From Lama glama (lineage: Eukaryota): a DNA stretch of 64,000 bases. The position numbers and the translations under genes are program-made. Positions 47,911 to 60,846 of this stretch are shown here, one piece after another. Within the stretch, counting starts at the first letter, position 1, and each line of letters begins with the position of its first letter. Below the pieces are notes generated by a model. It searched no databases, was not told the DNA's origin, and saw only the letters and a list, made by a program, of their open reading frames with translations. The stretch covers positions 684,001 to 748,000 of the forward strand of contig CM052817.1 in assembly GCA_028534125.1 (NCBI GenBank), given 5' to 3'.

Positions 47911-49048
47911 CACGTCCCACGCCAGGCTGCCATCCGTCTCCAGGACAGTGATGGCTCAGTGAGGCGCCCTGGCCCAGGGCGTGTCCAGCGTGGAGGAGAG
48001 ACCACACAGACCGTCCCCAGATTGACCAGAGGAGAGGGGCCTGCCTGGTCCCGATCGGCCACCCTTTTGCTCTTTCCCTGAATGCTCTCTCAGTTGGGGG
48101 GGGTCCTGGAGGGCTCCAAGCCGCTTGGAGACAATTAGCAGTGTGACAGCCCCCAACACAGCACCTGCGCCCCTTGCTCTACACTTGGCCGCGTTCTTCC
48201 CCGCGTCACCCAAGTTCCTGCACCCCCGGGCCCAGCTCCCCTCACCAGACCCAGCCAGGCTGCAGCACCCAGACAGTCTGGAGGCCACGAGGTCAGAGAG
48301 GCAGGCAGGCGCCGGCCACCAGTTCTCAGGCTGCCCAGAGGGAAGAGAGACCTGCAGCTGTAGAGACGCCTGAGGCAGAGGCAGAGCTCCCTCAGCCCTC
48401 ACCCATGTCTGCGGTCAGGGCTGCCCTTCAGGGGCGCCGGCCACAGCTGTCAGCCCAAGGGCTACGGGCCGGGCCTGGCAAGAGCCCACCCTGCCCGAGG
48501 GGTTGGCCCGAGGCAGGCAGACAGAATGAAGGCTCAGAGCTGGTGCATCTGTGCGAGGTTGGCCCTCGGGTGGGGCTCTGCTGCCAGGAGGCGCCCAGGA
48601 GCCTGGACACCCTCCTGCCTGCCTCTGCACCCTGACCTCATGGGACCCCAGGGGGAAGCCAGGAAGACAATAATAGTAACCCAGAAAATGCAGACGCCAG
48701 CAGCCTTCTCCAGCTACCGAGGTACCCAGGCCACGCCCACATCATGCCAGCCCTGCCAGACACTCCTGCTCGCTCTCTGCTAAACCAGGTGGCTCTGCAG
48801 AAGCCACCCCCATAGGCCAGGACCGTGTAGTGAAGGTGAGTGAGTGCCCTGCCACCTGGGACCTGGGTCTCCAGGAGAGTTCATTGGCTCGGTCCCCGGC
48901 CTGGCAGTGTTCCCACCCTGAGCCCGCCTGGAGCACACACGAGGTAGAAACCGTAAGGGAACTTGAGTGGGGGCATTTTGGGGAGCGGGGAGGATGGCCG
49001 AGGGCTGAAAGAGGCTGCCGCCCCACCCTCCTGCCACCCCAAGGGTCG

Positions 49049-49564
49049 GGCCCTGCCTCCTGGTTCTCCCTGCCCTGGCCTGGCCCTGGCCTGGCCCTGC
49101 CTCCTGGCTCTCCCTGCCCTGGCCTGGCCCTGCCTCCTGGCTCTCCCTACCCTGCCTGGCCCTGCCTCCTGGCTCTCCCTACCCTGCCTGGCCCTGCCTC
49201 CTGGCTCTCCCTGCCCTGGCCTGGCCCTGGCCTGGCCCTGCCTTCTGGCTCTCCCTGCCCTGCCTGGCCTGGCCCTGCCTCCTGGCTCTCCCTGCCCTGC
49301 CTGGCCTGGCCCTGCCTCCTGGCTCTCCCTGCCCTGCCTGGCCCTGCCTCCTGGCTCTCCCTGCCCTGGCCTGGCCCTGCCTCCTGGATCTCCCTGCCCT
49401 GCCTGGCCTGGCCCTGCCTCCTGGCTCTCCCTGCCCTGCCTGGCCTGGCCCTGCCTCCTGGCTCTCCCTACCCTGCCTGGCCCTGCCTCCTGGCTCTCCC
49501 TGCCCTGGCCTGGCCCTGGCCTGGCCCTGCCTCCTGGCTGTCCCTGCCCTGCCTGGCCTGGCCT
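49049..49564. repeat. Modular GC-rich minisatellite (VNTR), 14 units of 32-44 bp
   Basis: 23-bp core ggccctgcctcctggctctccct followed by variable modules (a/g)ccctgcct, gccctggcct, ggcct and ggccctggcct; plus strand almost free of A. Confidence 0.95.
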
Positions 49565-50229
49565 CGTGGAAGCAGCTGTTGGGGAAGCTTCGGGAGGTCC
49601 ATTCTTCCTTCCAGTCCAGCCGGGAGCAGGTGGACAGGCTGTGCCAGGGCCGCTTGTCATCCCAAGGACACTGGTTCCAGGGGACCCAGGGCAGTCTGCG
49701 TGCCACCCCCACCCCCAAGGTCCTAGGAGAGCCTGGTTGAATGCAGAGGCCCAACTCAGAGGGCTGGGAGGGGCAGGCCAGGGGCACGGGTGCCCCATCC
49801 CATCCTGTCCCTGCACACGGTCATGACGCTGGTGGCGGCGGGTCTGCTGTCACACCTGTGTCTCACAGGGGCTGCTCCACAGGCAGGGGTCCCATCTGGG
49901 CCTGGCAGGGCAGTGAGGGAGGGAGTGGTGGGGACACAGGGGACCCTCACCAGATGCCTGTGCCAGGCCTGTCAGTGGGCAGAGCCACATCAGCCCTGCC
50001 TTTGCCCCCAGGGTGCCCCCAGGTGGGCGGCACCCCCCAGTTCCGGCCTACCCCGCCTCCCCATCAGCACCCCCTCACCCACAAGAGGTAGGGAAGCCTC
50101 CCCTGTGGCCGAGGGCCGGCGCCTGCAGATGGCCCGGTGGGGGCTGCAAGGCGGCCCCCTTAGGGGTCTCCAAGGTTGCCCCTTGGCACCCCGCCCCGCA
50201 CCCTGGCCCGGCCCCCCTTGGTGGATCGA

Positions 50230-50700
50230 TAGCTTTGGAAATCCGAAAAGAGCCCAAACAAAGCAGTGGGTTTGTAAGCACCCGGCTTGTATCAGCTGAT
50301 AGATGGGCCGCTCTTTAAGGAACTTATCTCTCAGGGCTCGCGGGATGAGGGATGGTGCCATTCGTCCTGCCGGCGCGTCCGCACCAGCCAAGCCGGATCT
50401 ATTTAAAAGATAGTGCGATACTGTCGACAGCAATAGACAGGGTAATTGCAGAGCGCCTGCCGGGGTATAAATTACACGGCTCTAAGTGGTGGAGTGGCCG
50501 CGGGAGAGTGGGGAAATTCCTGACAATTTACGTGTCCCTCTGCCCCGCCGCCTGCTTATCACGGGCCAGCAGAAGAAACACGCTTCTGGTGAAAAAATTA
50601 AGTATTGATCAAATTAACAGTTTTCACTGATCTTTTTAAGGGAGAAAAGGAGTGCGACAATTAAACTTAGAAACAAAGACGGGCTGGATAACTCTCGACC
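50230..50700. promoter_or_regulatory. Candidate conserved non-coding element / enhancer
   Basis: aaacaaag, ctgatag and cttatct (GATA), ctatttaaaag, ggtaattgc, gtataaattac, tgacaatttacg, aaattaagTATTGATCaaattaac, gacaattaaac. Confidence 0.6.
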
Positions 50701-51734
50701 CCAGCGTGGCAAAGTCGGTGACACCGACAAGCAGGAGACATGGTCTCAGCAGCGCTGCCGCCCCCGAAAATGTGCGGGACGGAGCGCACCCGGCTGGCGA
50801 GCCACCAACACTGCGGCCGCCCCAGGGCCCCGGGCAGGAGTGGAGGGCCTGGCCGCGGGGGGTGCTTTGCATGGCCCCCCACAGTCCCCCTGCAGACCGG
50901 CAGAGCCACACGGGCAGCACAGCGAGAGGAACCTTTGCTGTCCCTGAGCCTTTCCGGGGCAGATGCCCCCCTCATTCCCTTGGGTGGGCAAACACAGGAA
51001 CCTACAGGACTCAGCACAGCCTGGAAGGCTTCCTGGAGGCAGAGGTGAGCAGGCTGGTGGCTGGTCTGGAGGGGCAGACAGATGGGGTCGGGGTGAGGGA
51101 AGGAAGGGAAGGCACCCAGCACACCTCTTGCTCAGACGCAGCCCTCGGGCACCCTGGGGGCCAGGGCTCTGCTGAGCCAGTGACTCAGCTCCAGTTTCTG
51201 GCCTGAGAAGGAGGCCCCGCCCGGGCGGTGGAGGCTGTCGCTGCACAGCAGCCTCACACGCCAACGGGTCTGACCACACAGTCTGGGAGAGGTGGAGTCC
51301 AGAAAGTTCTCGCCCCTTTCTCCAGCGTCCACTGTGGCGTGGGAGGCCCTCGCTGGCAGGAGAACACTCTTCCTTCTGCAAGCGGCCCCGCCTCACCTCT
51401 GGGATGGAGGCGGCCTGGCCCCAGGAAGCCCAGCCGGGAGGAGCACGCGGGCGGCCACAGGACCCAGCACCTACTCGGGGTCAGAGGGCAGGACGGGGTC
51501 ACAGAGGGGGGATGACTGAGGGAGGGGTATGGGTGGAGCAGGCCCACAGCCACCAGGCCCCGTCCTGGGCCGGGGCGGGGCGGCAGTTCGGTCCTTCTGG
51601 TCGGTCACCCCTGGAGCTCCCACCACAGGACGACCCACGCAGCTGCCCCTCCCGCAGCCTCCGGGGCGCTGCTGTACCCGGAGCCAATGGACATTTTAAG
51701 GGGCTATTGGGGCAGGGAGTCGGGTGGGGCTCTG

Positions 51735-51800
51735 GGAAATAGCTCAGTGGTATAAATTAGTGGCACTGAGAGGCAGATAAATAAATGGCTCCTGTCAGAC
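51735..51800. promoter_or_regulatory. Short candidate non-coding element
   Basis: gtataaattagtgg, cagataaataaatgg, ctgtcag in a GC-rich background. Confidence 0.35.
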
Positions 51801-52949
51801 CCCAGCCTGGCACCAGCCCTTCATGACACCACAGGCTAGTCAGGGCCCTGGAGTTCAACCTGCCGCCTGGGAGGGCAGTGGGCCGCTCCCAGGGGCTGGC
51901 CCAGTCCCTACCCAGCCCAGCCAGACCGTGAAGGAGCTGAGAGGCCTCGGCTGGGCCCACGAGCGGCGCCCTCGGGAGCTCTGTCTCCTCTTCCCCTTTG
52001 ACCGACAGGGTCACTGTCAGGTGAGGCCAGGCTGAGCCCAGCAGGGGGCAGGAGTGGGCAGCTGCCCCCGTCTACTGCAGCATCCCTGCTGATGTGACAC
52101 GTGGGGCCCCTGCTCCTGAGCCAGGTTCAAGGTGTACTTGGGGACAGACGGACAAGAGAAGGGAGGATGCCCAGTGGCTCAGGGCACCTCTGGGCCACCC
52201 CCGGGCCACCCTTACAGGAGTCCCCAGGGCCACATCCCAGAAGCCATACCCTTGGGCTTCGTGGTGAGGGCCGCAGCCGAGGCCTCAGCAGCAGGGCTAG
52301 AGGGGACCCCATGCTCTCTATGCCCCCCTGTTCGGGCCTCGCCCCCTCACCCATGCTCCTCCCACTGGCCTGTCTGGCCTGACCAGGTCCCGGGTGCTCC
52401 CCACAGAAGACACAGCCCTACACTCCCCACCCATGTTCCCTGCCCAGCAAGGGGGTCCTGGGGGCAGCCTGGGCAGGACGGCGAAGAGTCTGCCCCTCAT
52501 GGAAGGGAAGGGCTCCAGCGTGGCCTGGTGGAGCCCTCCCCACACTGGACGCCCGTAGGCCGGCCTCTCCCCGGGCCCCCTGGCTGCCTTGGCCTCAACC
52601 ACCACCCATTGCCCACTCTGGGCTCCCACGCTGCCTCTGGGAAAGGGGTCCAGGGGCTTCAATGCACATGAGAGAGGCAGACGCCAGCAGGGATGGAGAG
52701 AGAGGGGCCCAAGTTCCCCCCACCGTGACCGCAACGGCGCCTGAGCCCACGCTGTCCACACTGGGGACCAGCCGCAGCAACCAGCCCAAAAGGGCCCCCT
52801 GCGTGGCCGAGGGAGCGGCCAGGCCTGGCCACACGCCTGCCCCTCCGGCGAGCTCCACACAGAGGGGCCTGAGGCAGGTGGGACGAGGGGCTTGCTTTCC
52901 CTCTGCATCTTTCCATGTCCGGATTTTTAAATACAACTGCTGTAAAACT

Positions 52950-53355
52950 ACTTGTTTTTAGGTAAACTCTGATTTGGAGAAAATTACAGAAGCACGTGAA
53001 CTTGTAAGAAACTGCACCAAGAGACCCCTCGTACCCTTCGCCCACTGAGCCCAGCACTGCCAGCACAACCAGCACACCCTCTCGAAAGCCGAGACCGGCT
53101 CCCCAGACCGTGCGTGCCCTTCAGGCCCCCCAGCCCCCCGCCCCAGCAGCACTGAGCCCACCTGCGGTTCACGCATCACCGAGCAGGTGCCGGAGGCCGA
53201 GGGAGAGACACAGGCGGAGTGTGTCTCTGGACCCGGCTCGTGCTGCCTGGCCTCCGGGTGCTCCCACCAACCTTCACACCTCCGTTCACGGGATGTGGAC
53301 CTTTCACCACCAAGGGACACCAGCTGTTCCCAGCCCTTCACCTGTGTTGCTTCTG
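52950..53355 (-). mobile_element. Old LINE-1 3' end, heavily GC-eroded
   Basis: aaactctgatttggagaaaattacagaagcacgtgaacttgtaagaaactgcaccaagagacccctcgtacccttcgccca resembles L1MC-type termini. Confidence 0.55.
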
Positions 53356-54639
53356 CGATAACGCTTCTTTAAAAAGGAGAGACAGAGACAAAGGCAGACA
53401 GAGAGAGAGACAGAGACCAGCCAGTGGCCCTAGAAGATCTGTGCTGGGAGCCGCCCTGGGCAGCAGTCTGCCATCAGCCGGGCGCTCGGCCCAGCATCCA
53501 TCACCCACACGAGGCCCAGAGCTGGCAGGGAGGCTCCTCCAAGAACGTCTCTCTCCAAGAGAGCGGGCCCCCCGCCGGCTTCCTGGGCCCTCGAGGTCCA
53601 CTGGCCTCTGCATGGCCCCACGTCCAGCAGTGCCCAGCTCCCGTGTGACATCAGCAGAGCTGCAGCCAGGCCTGGGCCACTCAGATCCAGTTGGGGGGTG
53701 CTCAGTCCCTCTCCCACCTGCCTCCCCTCCTCTTCCCCTCACCCCCCTGCAGGCATCTCCCCACCACTCCTGCAGGGGCAGGGGCTGGAGGTGGGCTTAC
53801 TAAACCCAAATCCAGCCTCGTCCCTTCTGCCACAGACCCCAGCTCACTGTTCTGGCGAGGCCACCCGTGAGGGCCGGGCCAGTGTCCTCCTCCAGCCCCA
53901 CTCCTCACACTGTACCTCAACTGACCTGTCTGCTGCAGGAGCCTGGAGACCCTGCATGTGGTGGGTACTGGCTTAGTACTGACCATGGGGCCCACGTGGG
54001 GACTGCCCACTGGCTGGCCCTGACCCCAGCCCCGTCCTTGGAACTTCTGAGCAGGGCAGGTGTGGAGGAGGTGTGGGGCGCTGCCCCCCCCAGGGCCTGT
54101 GCTCCTACAGAGACCCCAGCATGCCCCCCTTGCCCTCCAGGACAGAGTGACCAAGGCAGTGCAGGGCCAGCTGTCTCCAGCAAAGCCGAGGCTCTTGCGT
54201 GGCTGAAGAGGGCCAGCTCCTCGGCCCTGGGGCCCTCCAGCCCTGGGCCGTTCCTGTATCCGGAGGGGCGATGAAGGCAGGAAGGAGATGGAAGGAGATG
54301 GGGACACTCCCCAGTAAAGCTCCGGGACGTCAGTCCCATGGCCACCGGGCGGCCCACTGACCTCACAGAAAGAAGCCCCGGGGAGGGCGGCTGCGTTCGG
54401 GCGTGTCTGAGAGGCGCGGGAGCAGGCTCCCGGCAGCAGCCCCCCCGCCGCCGCCTCCCTGGCCCCCCGGGGTGCCGACGGGCCCTGACCTCAGTCCGCC
54501 GGCTCCCATCCCTCAGACCCGAGGCTGGTGGGGCCTGATGTGCCCCAGAGAGCGAGGGAGAGAAACAACACTGGGAAAACCCGCAGCGGGGGGAAGAGGG
54601 AGAGGGAGGCGCACGAGAAGGTTCAGGCCTTGCGTCCCC

Positions 54640-55050
54640 GGAGCCGACATTTAAGCGTGAAGAACGGCTGCCGCCGGATCCTGCTGGAAAGCCCCTCCTG
54701 CGTTTGATGCCTTTTCTCTGCACAGTGATGTGTCTTTTAAAAAAGACCCCTGCGATATGTTACAAGAAGTGTATCTCTTTCACCGAGACAGAGCATTTTA
54801 ATTCCCCGACACCTTTTAGTGATTGCTTCAATTTCCGAAGATTTTGATAAAATCATGCGGTTTAAGAGTCGCGGGCTGGAGCGCCCAGCGCGGCAGAACG
54901 TAATGAAATGCTCCTGTTTCATAGCCTTCATTTGACACAGCCCAGCTCCGGGGGCTAATAACGCTGCGTGATAAATGTCGGAGCCACGATTGTAAAAATA
55001 TACTTGTAATTGGGTTAATATGCCTTAAAATACTGCCCATCACTTACCTT
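54640..55050. promoter_or_regulatory. Candidate conserved non-coding element / enhancer
   Basis: ttttaattcc, gtgattgc, ttgataaaatcatg, gtaatgaaatg, tttgacac, gtgataaatgtc, gtaattgggttaatatg; CpG-rich flanks on both sides. Confidence 0.6.
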
Positions 55051-56174
55051 TCTTCCCTCTGTGGCACGCGCGGGGGTGCGTACGGGCGCGGGGGTGCCTC
55101 TCCTTCCGCCCCTGCCCTGCTTCCTGCAGCAGGCCCTTCTCACCGAGAGAGAGGACCAGGGGCCTGGGGACAGAGGCAGCCGCCCAAACCCCGCCTGCCC
55201 CTCGGCCGGGAGCAGGCACTCCACGCAGCAGGACACGCGGAGTAGGTGTCCTTCGGGCGGGGTGCCCTCTGTGCTCCGATGTCCCCAAGGACCGTAGCAA
55301 GCTCTCTGTGCCCGTGGGGTCTCAGAGTGGCTGGGGCGGCCCCCCCTCACTCAGCCCCCGTGGGAGGCTCATGAGGCAAGAGGGAGCAGGCAGAGGTGGA
55401 GTCACGAGCCCGGCCGTGTTCTCCAGGGGCTGAGACCCAGAACATGCCAGCTGGGTGTCCCCAGGGCCCAGACCATGGCCTGGCAGCCTCCATGTCCTGT
55501 TAGTGGGCTCACTGCTCAGAGCGGGGGTGGGATGGGGGTGGATCTCTGGGTGGGAGGGTGGGTGGTGGAGGGCAGGAGGGTGTATGGGTGGTACAGAGCA
55601 GGCAGGGTCGGCTGGTGCTGCAGCAGGCTGGGGGAGCCCCTGTACGGAGTGTTGGGGGGCCTGCATTCAGACCAGGAGGGGCCCCCTGTCCGTTGGGCAG
55701 AGGCCTTCTCCCCGAGGACTCACGACCCCTCTGGAGGGTCGGTTCTGCCCGGCCCCCAGCCTGCTGGCACACAGCCCTGCAGGCATCGCTCACTCTACTG
55801 GCCCTCTGCTCCCTGGCCCCAGAGGAAGCGGACAGGTGAGCTCTGAGCCCAGGTAGACTGGCAAGGACTGACTGGGGCACCCAAGGGGGTTCAAGGGCTC
55901 AGGCCGGCTTTGTGGGAAAGGGGCTCGCTGGTCAGTAGGGCAGGTAGGCAGGAGGGGCAGTCCCGGGCCACACAGCAGGGATGAGGGTGGCCAGAGTGAG
56001 GGTGAGAGGGGTCAGCAGAGCCAGACCTCTGCTGTCTCAGCACACCACCACCATCCCTGGGCCCCAAACAGGCACTTGGAAACTTCTGGATGCTCCATCC
56101 CTTGGGGGATGGGCTGACCAGCCAGGAACTCCCTGCCTGGCTTGCCCCCTAGACCTCAGAGGGTCGCTGATGGG

Positions 56175-56255
56175 CACACACGCCCACTTCATAGATGAGA
56201 AGATGGGGCCTAGAGAGGCCTAGTGAATGGGCAGGAAGCTGGGCTCAGAGCCCCA
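56175..56255 (-). mobile_element. MIR SINE core fragment
   Basis: cccacttcatagatgagaagatggggcctagagagg...gctgggctcagagccc. Confidence 0.5.
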
Positions 56256-58239
56256 CAGCAGAGAGGCCTCGGCCAGCTCCAGAATGAGCTCTGAATGAAA
56301 AGAGTCGTGCAGGTGGCTCTGCTCTGGCCTCGCCCCGGGGGTCCCCACCCCGCTCGCCGCCCCTCTGCCAGAACCACAGGCAGCCTCGGCCGGCACACGC
56401 AGCCTGGCCCAGCTGGGAGGCCGTGCTCCTGGCACACACACGCCACAGACACATGTGCGCACACACCTCCCCCAACGCCTCATTGCAGAGCCCCAGCTCC
56501 GTTCCCCCCGTGCACACCTACCTGCACTCACCCAGGCCTCGGCCCCTACGATGCCCAGGGGTCCGCCTCCCGCCCAGCCCAGCCCACCCCCACTCCCCCC
56601 CACCCCAAGCCTCCAAGCAGGGATGTCGCACATCTTCCTCTTCTTCAGCTAGCTTCTGGGACCCCACGGTTTCCCACAGCACGCCCAGAAGGAGAAGCTC
56701 CAGGGGTCCCTGAAGCAAGGAGCCAGGAGTGGGTGGGGTGAGTGGGGGGGGCAGCGGGCAGGAAGCCAGGTGAGGCCCCCTGGGGGCCACAAGGCACCAG
56801 GAGGGGCCCCACTGGGCCTCATTAACCCAGGCCAGGAGGCCTCTAAGGCTACCCCTTCTGCCTACGTCTCAGCGCTGGCCCCCACCACCACTGACGCCAC
56901 CCACCCCCTGAGAACAGCTCACAGGAAAAGCTCTCACCCACCTCCCCAGACCACTGGGCACTGCTGGCCAGCCTCAGAGACCCCAGGTGGTCCAGGTGAC
57001 ACTCCTTCGATCCAGAAGGCCAGGCCCAGTCACTACAAGACGTGGACGATGCCAGCGGCCTGGCCAGGTGGTTGAGGCTGCACTGATCAGCTCCTCACTG
57101 GAGGTGAAGGGACGGTGAGGGTGGTGGGCTGGTTCCCAGCTGCAGGAGGCACACCCCATCGGGGTGTCAGGGGATTGGAAGGCGGGGGCAGAGAGGTGGG
57201 GAGGGACGGGTGCGTTACCCCAGGAGGGTCGGAGCCTGGGGAGGGGTGGGTCCTCTGCAGTGGGAGGCTGTGCCCTGGGGGTGGGAGGGCAGGGGCTGTG
57301 TGCTCACCTCACCCTCCCAGGAGCCCATGGGGGTGGCCCCTCGTGTGAACAGGCAGGCACGACAGCCACCCAGGCCACAAGGAACAAGAAACACCACGTG
57401 GGTGGGCAGGACAGACAGACAGGGCGGGAGAGGAACGACCCCACCACCCGCCCCGCACCTCCCTGCCCCGCCCTGCATTGAGTCCAGGAGGCCTCCGTGA
57501 AGGATGTTGGGGCAGTGCTGGTCTCCAGGTCCCAGTAGCGCTGGGGGCCAAGGCTGTCACCCACCAGCCGGGCGAGAAGGCCAAGTGCGGCCAAGCCGGG
57601 CGGCCCAGCCCCACCTGCCCTGCAGCCCCCGCCCCCACCATGCCCCTTCGGTTGTCACATCTTCCTGCCTCAGAAGCATCTACAAGTGTTGTGCTAAGTC
57701 CTCCTGGAGCAGGGGGGCATCAGCAAGACCCCCAGGGCCAATCCTGGGGCGGCCAGACAAGGACCACCTGGGTCTCAGGGCTGCCTGTCCTCCGGGACCA
57801 GAGACCCCTCCCAGCCCCGGGCCTCGCATGGGGCTGCCAGCCCAGCCTGGCCCCAGCTGCCACAAAGACGCTGGGATTCCACCAAGCCTCTGGGGAGGGC
57901 TTCCCGGCCCCCCATCCACCTGTGCCAGTCTCCCAGCACAGCCAGCCAGGAGCAGGGGGCAGGGCCTGCTCGGGGTGGGGACCCGGGGCCAGGGGGCCTG
58001 CAAGATTTCAGTGTGGTGGGGGACACACAGTTGGATGATTCCATCTTAAGAGCCAGCCTGGGAAGGCCTGGCTGGGGCCCAGCCCCTGGAACATCCACTA
58101 AGTGAAAGTGTGTTTGAGGGGGCAAGGGGAGCCCGGAGCCACAGGGTGCAACCCACCCACGGGGGTGACTGCCTGGCTGTCGATTCCAGGACCAGGAAGG
58201 AGGCGTCAGGCGGGGCCCCGGCCACACAAAGGCTGCGGC

Positions 58240-58425
58240 AGATGAAATGGTGTTTGCCTGCTTATGTGAAGAGTGATGAAACTTTAAATGAATCGCTGAC
58301 CTTTCTGGAATGACAGGTGACCCGAGCCATATCTGAGGTGTGTATCGAAAATTGCTGCTGCTACCCGAAAAGAAACAATAAGACAGAAAATGTGGTTTGA
58401 AAAAATTGAACGGCTTCAACACCGA
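58240..58425. promoter_or_regulatory. Candidate non-coding element
   Basis: NR4A-type TGACCTTT 58297-58304, MEIS TGACAG 58311-58316, SOX aaacaata, AT-rich patch. Confidence 0.4.
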
Positions 58426-60750
58426 GGGGAGCGGGAGTGATTTCGGGCCATGGCTCAAGCCCACAGCTCTGCCCTCCCCCGGGGCTGGCAGGCTGGCCTC
58501 GCAGGACTCCCCTGGCTGCTCCAGCTCTGCCACCCCCTTGCCTCCCCGACCAGCTCCTATTTCACATGCTGGGTGCTCTGGGCAGAGGCAGTGTCCTCCC
58601 CCACATCCACGTCCACTGGAGCCCAGCTCCCCAAGGACGGGCTGGCATTGGGGAGCCCCTGTGCCTCAGTTTCCCCGAGTAGGACATGTGCCAGGAGTGC
58701 AACGCTGGGGCTGGGCAGAAAGTGGTGGGCAGAGCTGCGCCCTCGAGCCATGTCTCTGTCACATCTCAGGCAGAGGCGGCTCGAACCCAGACCTGCCTCA
58801 CCTGTGAGTGCCACCCAGCCATGCAGCCCAGAAACAGATGCCCTCCTCAGGGGAGCAGAGAGCCCCGCGGGGCCAGGGGCCACAGGCACAATGGGCGGGA
58901 GGCTCTGCCCCCTGCGCGGACCCTGGCCAGGCAGGGAGGCTGAGGCAGGCGCTGGCAGGTGGAAACTGGACGTCCCCACCGGCAGGGCTGAGCCTAGAGC
59001 CCCTCCCAGCGCAGTGCCCTCCCTCCCTGCGCCTCCTGAGCTGGTTGGGGCTCCCTGGAGCTGGGGAGCCAGCATCCGGCATCATCCCCAACTCCACCTC
59101 CTCCAGGAAGACCCCATTCTGCCAGCTGTCAGGGCAGGGTGAGGCCAGGCCTGGGGGTTCTGGCAGGGGAGGGTCTCCTGGAAGGGGCCCTGTGGTACCA
59201 GGAACCCTCTAGGGGCAGAGGGGCCGCAGCCTGGAATTCACTTGGACGAGGACACAGTGCCAGTGCAGTCAGGAGGGGTGAGTCCCCTGTGCCGAGCGGC
59301 CAGGAGGGCAGGGGCCCGGTAGGGAGGAGAGGCTTCGTCTGGGGAGAGAGAAGGTGTGGGCCGGTCCTGGGGTCGAGTGAGGCCTGCAGGGGAGGAAGCA
59401 GCTCCCCGAGGGGAGCACATCCCGGCTGGAGCGCAGGGAGACCCCATGAAGCACCAGACAGGCCCTAGAATCTCTGCCTGAAGCCTCACAGGGTGCAGCC
59501 CCCACAGCCCACACCACACCCTGGCCCTCTGTCCAGCCCCTGGGGTGAGACCATGTCTTCCTCCCACTGAACACGCTCCTCTGGGCTCTGGGCGCAGGTC
59601 TGGTTCTCACCCGCCTCCCTGTCCCCTCAGCCAGACCTGCCTCCTCCCGCGAGTATAGACAGCTCCCCCAGACCCGGTCTAGCCCCTCCTCTTCTCTATG
59701 CACACGCCCTCTGTGGGGTCCCTTGTCCGCTGCAGCGTGACAACCCTACACCTGCGGCACTCGCCACGGTTCTGCTCACAGACGCTCAGGTCAGGAGCTC
59801 GGACGAGGCCAGCAGGCTGGCTGACCTCCTGCCCCCATGTCTGACCTCAACAGGAGACACTCAGAGGCTGGGCTGCCTCCCCCGTGTCCCCCCACACCTG
59901 TGCTTGACACTGGCCGCGGCTGGGACCTGCCAGCCAGGACCCACACGGCCTCTCCGAGTGCCCTGATGGGGTGGCCTCCCTTTCAATCAACTTGGAAGCC
60001 ACCCTGTGTCACATCCGTCTGCTTCGAGGGGTGGGAACACAGCCCCTCTCCTTGGGGAGGGCGCCCATGCCCACGGAAGGCCTCCTTGGGGCCACCTGGA
60101 AAGGTGACCCGGCAGTCCTACCCCAGGGCCTCACCCAGGGCAGCAGAGGCCAGGCTCGGCGCATGCTCGTCCCCTCTGGGTCCAGGTGTGGATCAGACTC
60201 CCTGGGGCAGCCTCTCGGGCAGCTCCAGCCTCCTCCCTGTGGACCCGTCCACCTGCCCCACATGGCAGGCACACAGCCCGTTGCCCGGGTGGGACCCTCT
60301 CAGCTCCCAGTCAGCCCTCTGGTCGCCCCTTGTTTCTGTAAAATGCATCCGCTAAAGGGTTTCCTCACCTTACTTCCTCCCGTGAGCCTGCACTGCCCTT
60401 TCATCCAAATCGAAAGTGTTTCCTCTTTTGGGGCAGCTTTACTGGGGCGAGGCTCCACCCACCCAGGGCTGTGACACCCAGACCTGGAGCCCCTGAAATC
60501 TGCGGCCCAGGTGACCCCTGGCCCAGGATGCCCTCCCGTCCTGCGGGCTCCAGGTCCTCGCTCCCAGTCCACCTCCAAGTCCCCGGGCCCTGACCCAGGA
60601 GATGGATCCACGTTAACGTACAGACCTACCTGCATGCACTCTCCTGAATTTTATCAGGATGTCATTCCCACGCCATGAGGCTCACCTGTTTAATCTCTGC
60701 ATCCGATGGCTTTGGTACGTCACACTAGCATTTGAATTGAGGTGAGGTCT

Positions 60751-60846
60751 ATTTATTTATTTTTAGCAGAAGCGCTGGGGACCAAACCCTGGACCTCGTG
60801 CACGCTAAGCTCACGCTCTACCGCTGAGCCACACACCCCGCCCCCC
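60751..60846 (-). mobile_element. tRNA-Ala-derived SINE (camelid vic-1 type)
   Basis: Minus strand reads ggtgtgtggctcagcggtagagcgtgagcttagcgtgcacgaggtccagggtttggtccccagcgcttctgctaaaaataaataaat: A box, AGC anticodon loop, degenerate B box, (AAAT)n tail. Confidence 0.85.

Noticed and set aside
49049..49564. CRISPR-like repeat-spacer array or immunoglobulin switch region
   Set aside because: Linkers are variants of one ggcct/ggccct module, not unique spacers; no cas genes and the DNA is mammalian. It lacks the GAGCT pentamers of switch regions and no Ig exons are nearby.
48830..49826. Repetitive 200-311-aa ORFs on both strands
   Set aside because: Translations of the minisatellite, which lacks stop codons.
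50122..50134. CTCF-like cctgcagatggcc
   Set aside because: Partial match; such matches are frequent at this GC content and cannot be supported without ChIP or conservation.
51734..51770. tRNA/SINE-like 5' end gggaaatagctcagtggta with a 7-bp hairpin
   Set aside because: Only an A-box-like match; no anticodon arm, B box or tail.
60751..60846. tRNA-Ala(AGC) gene
   Set aside because: Degenerate B box and stems, A-rich tail and insertion into an L1 indicate a SINE.
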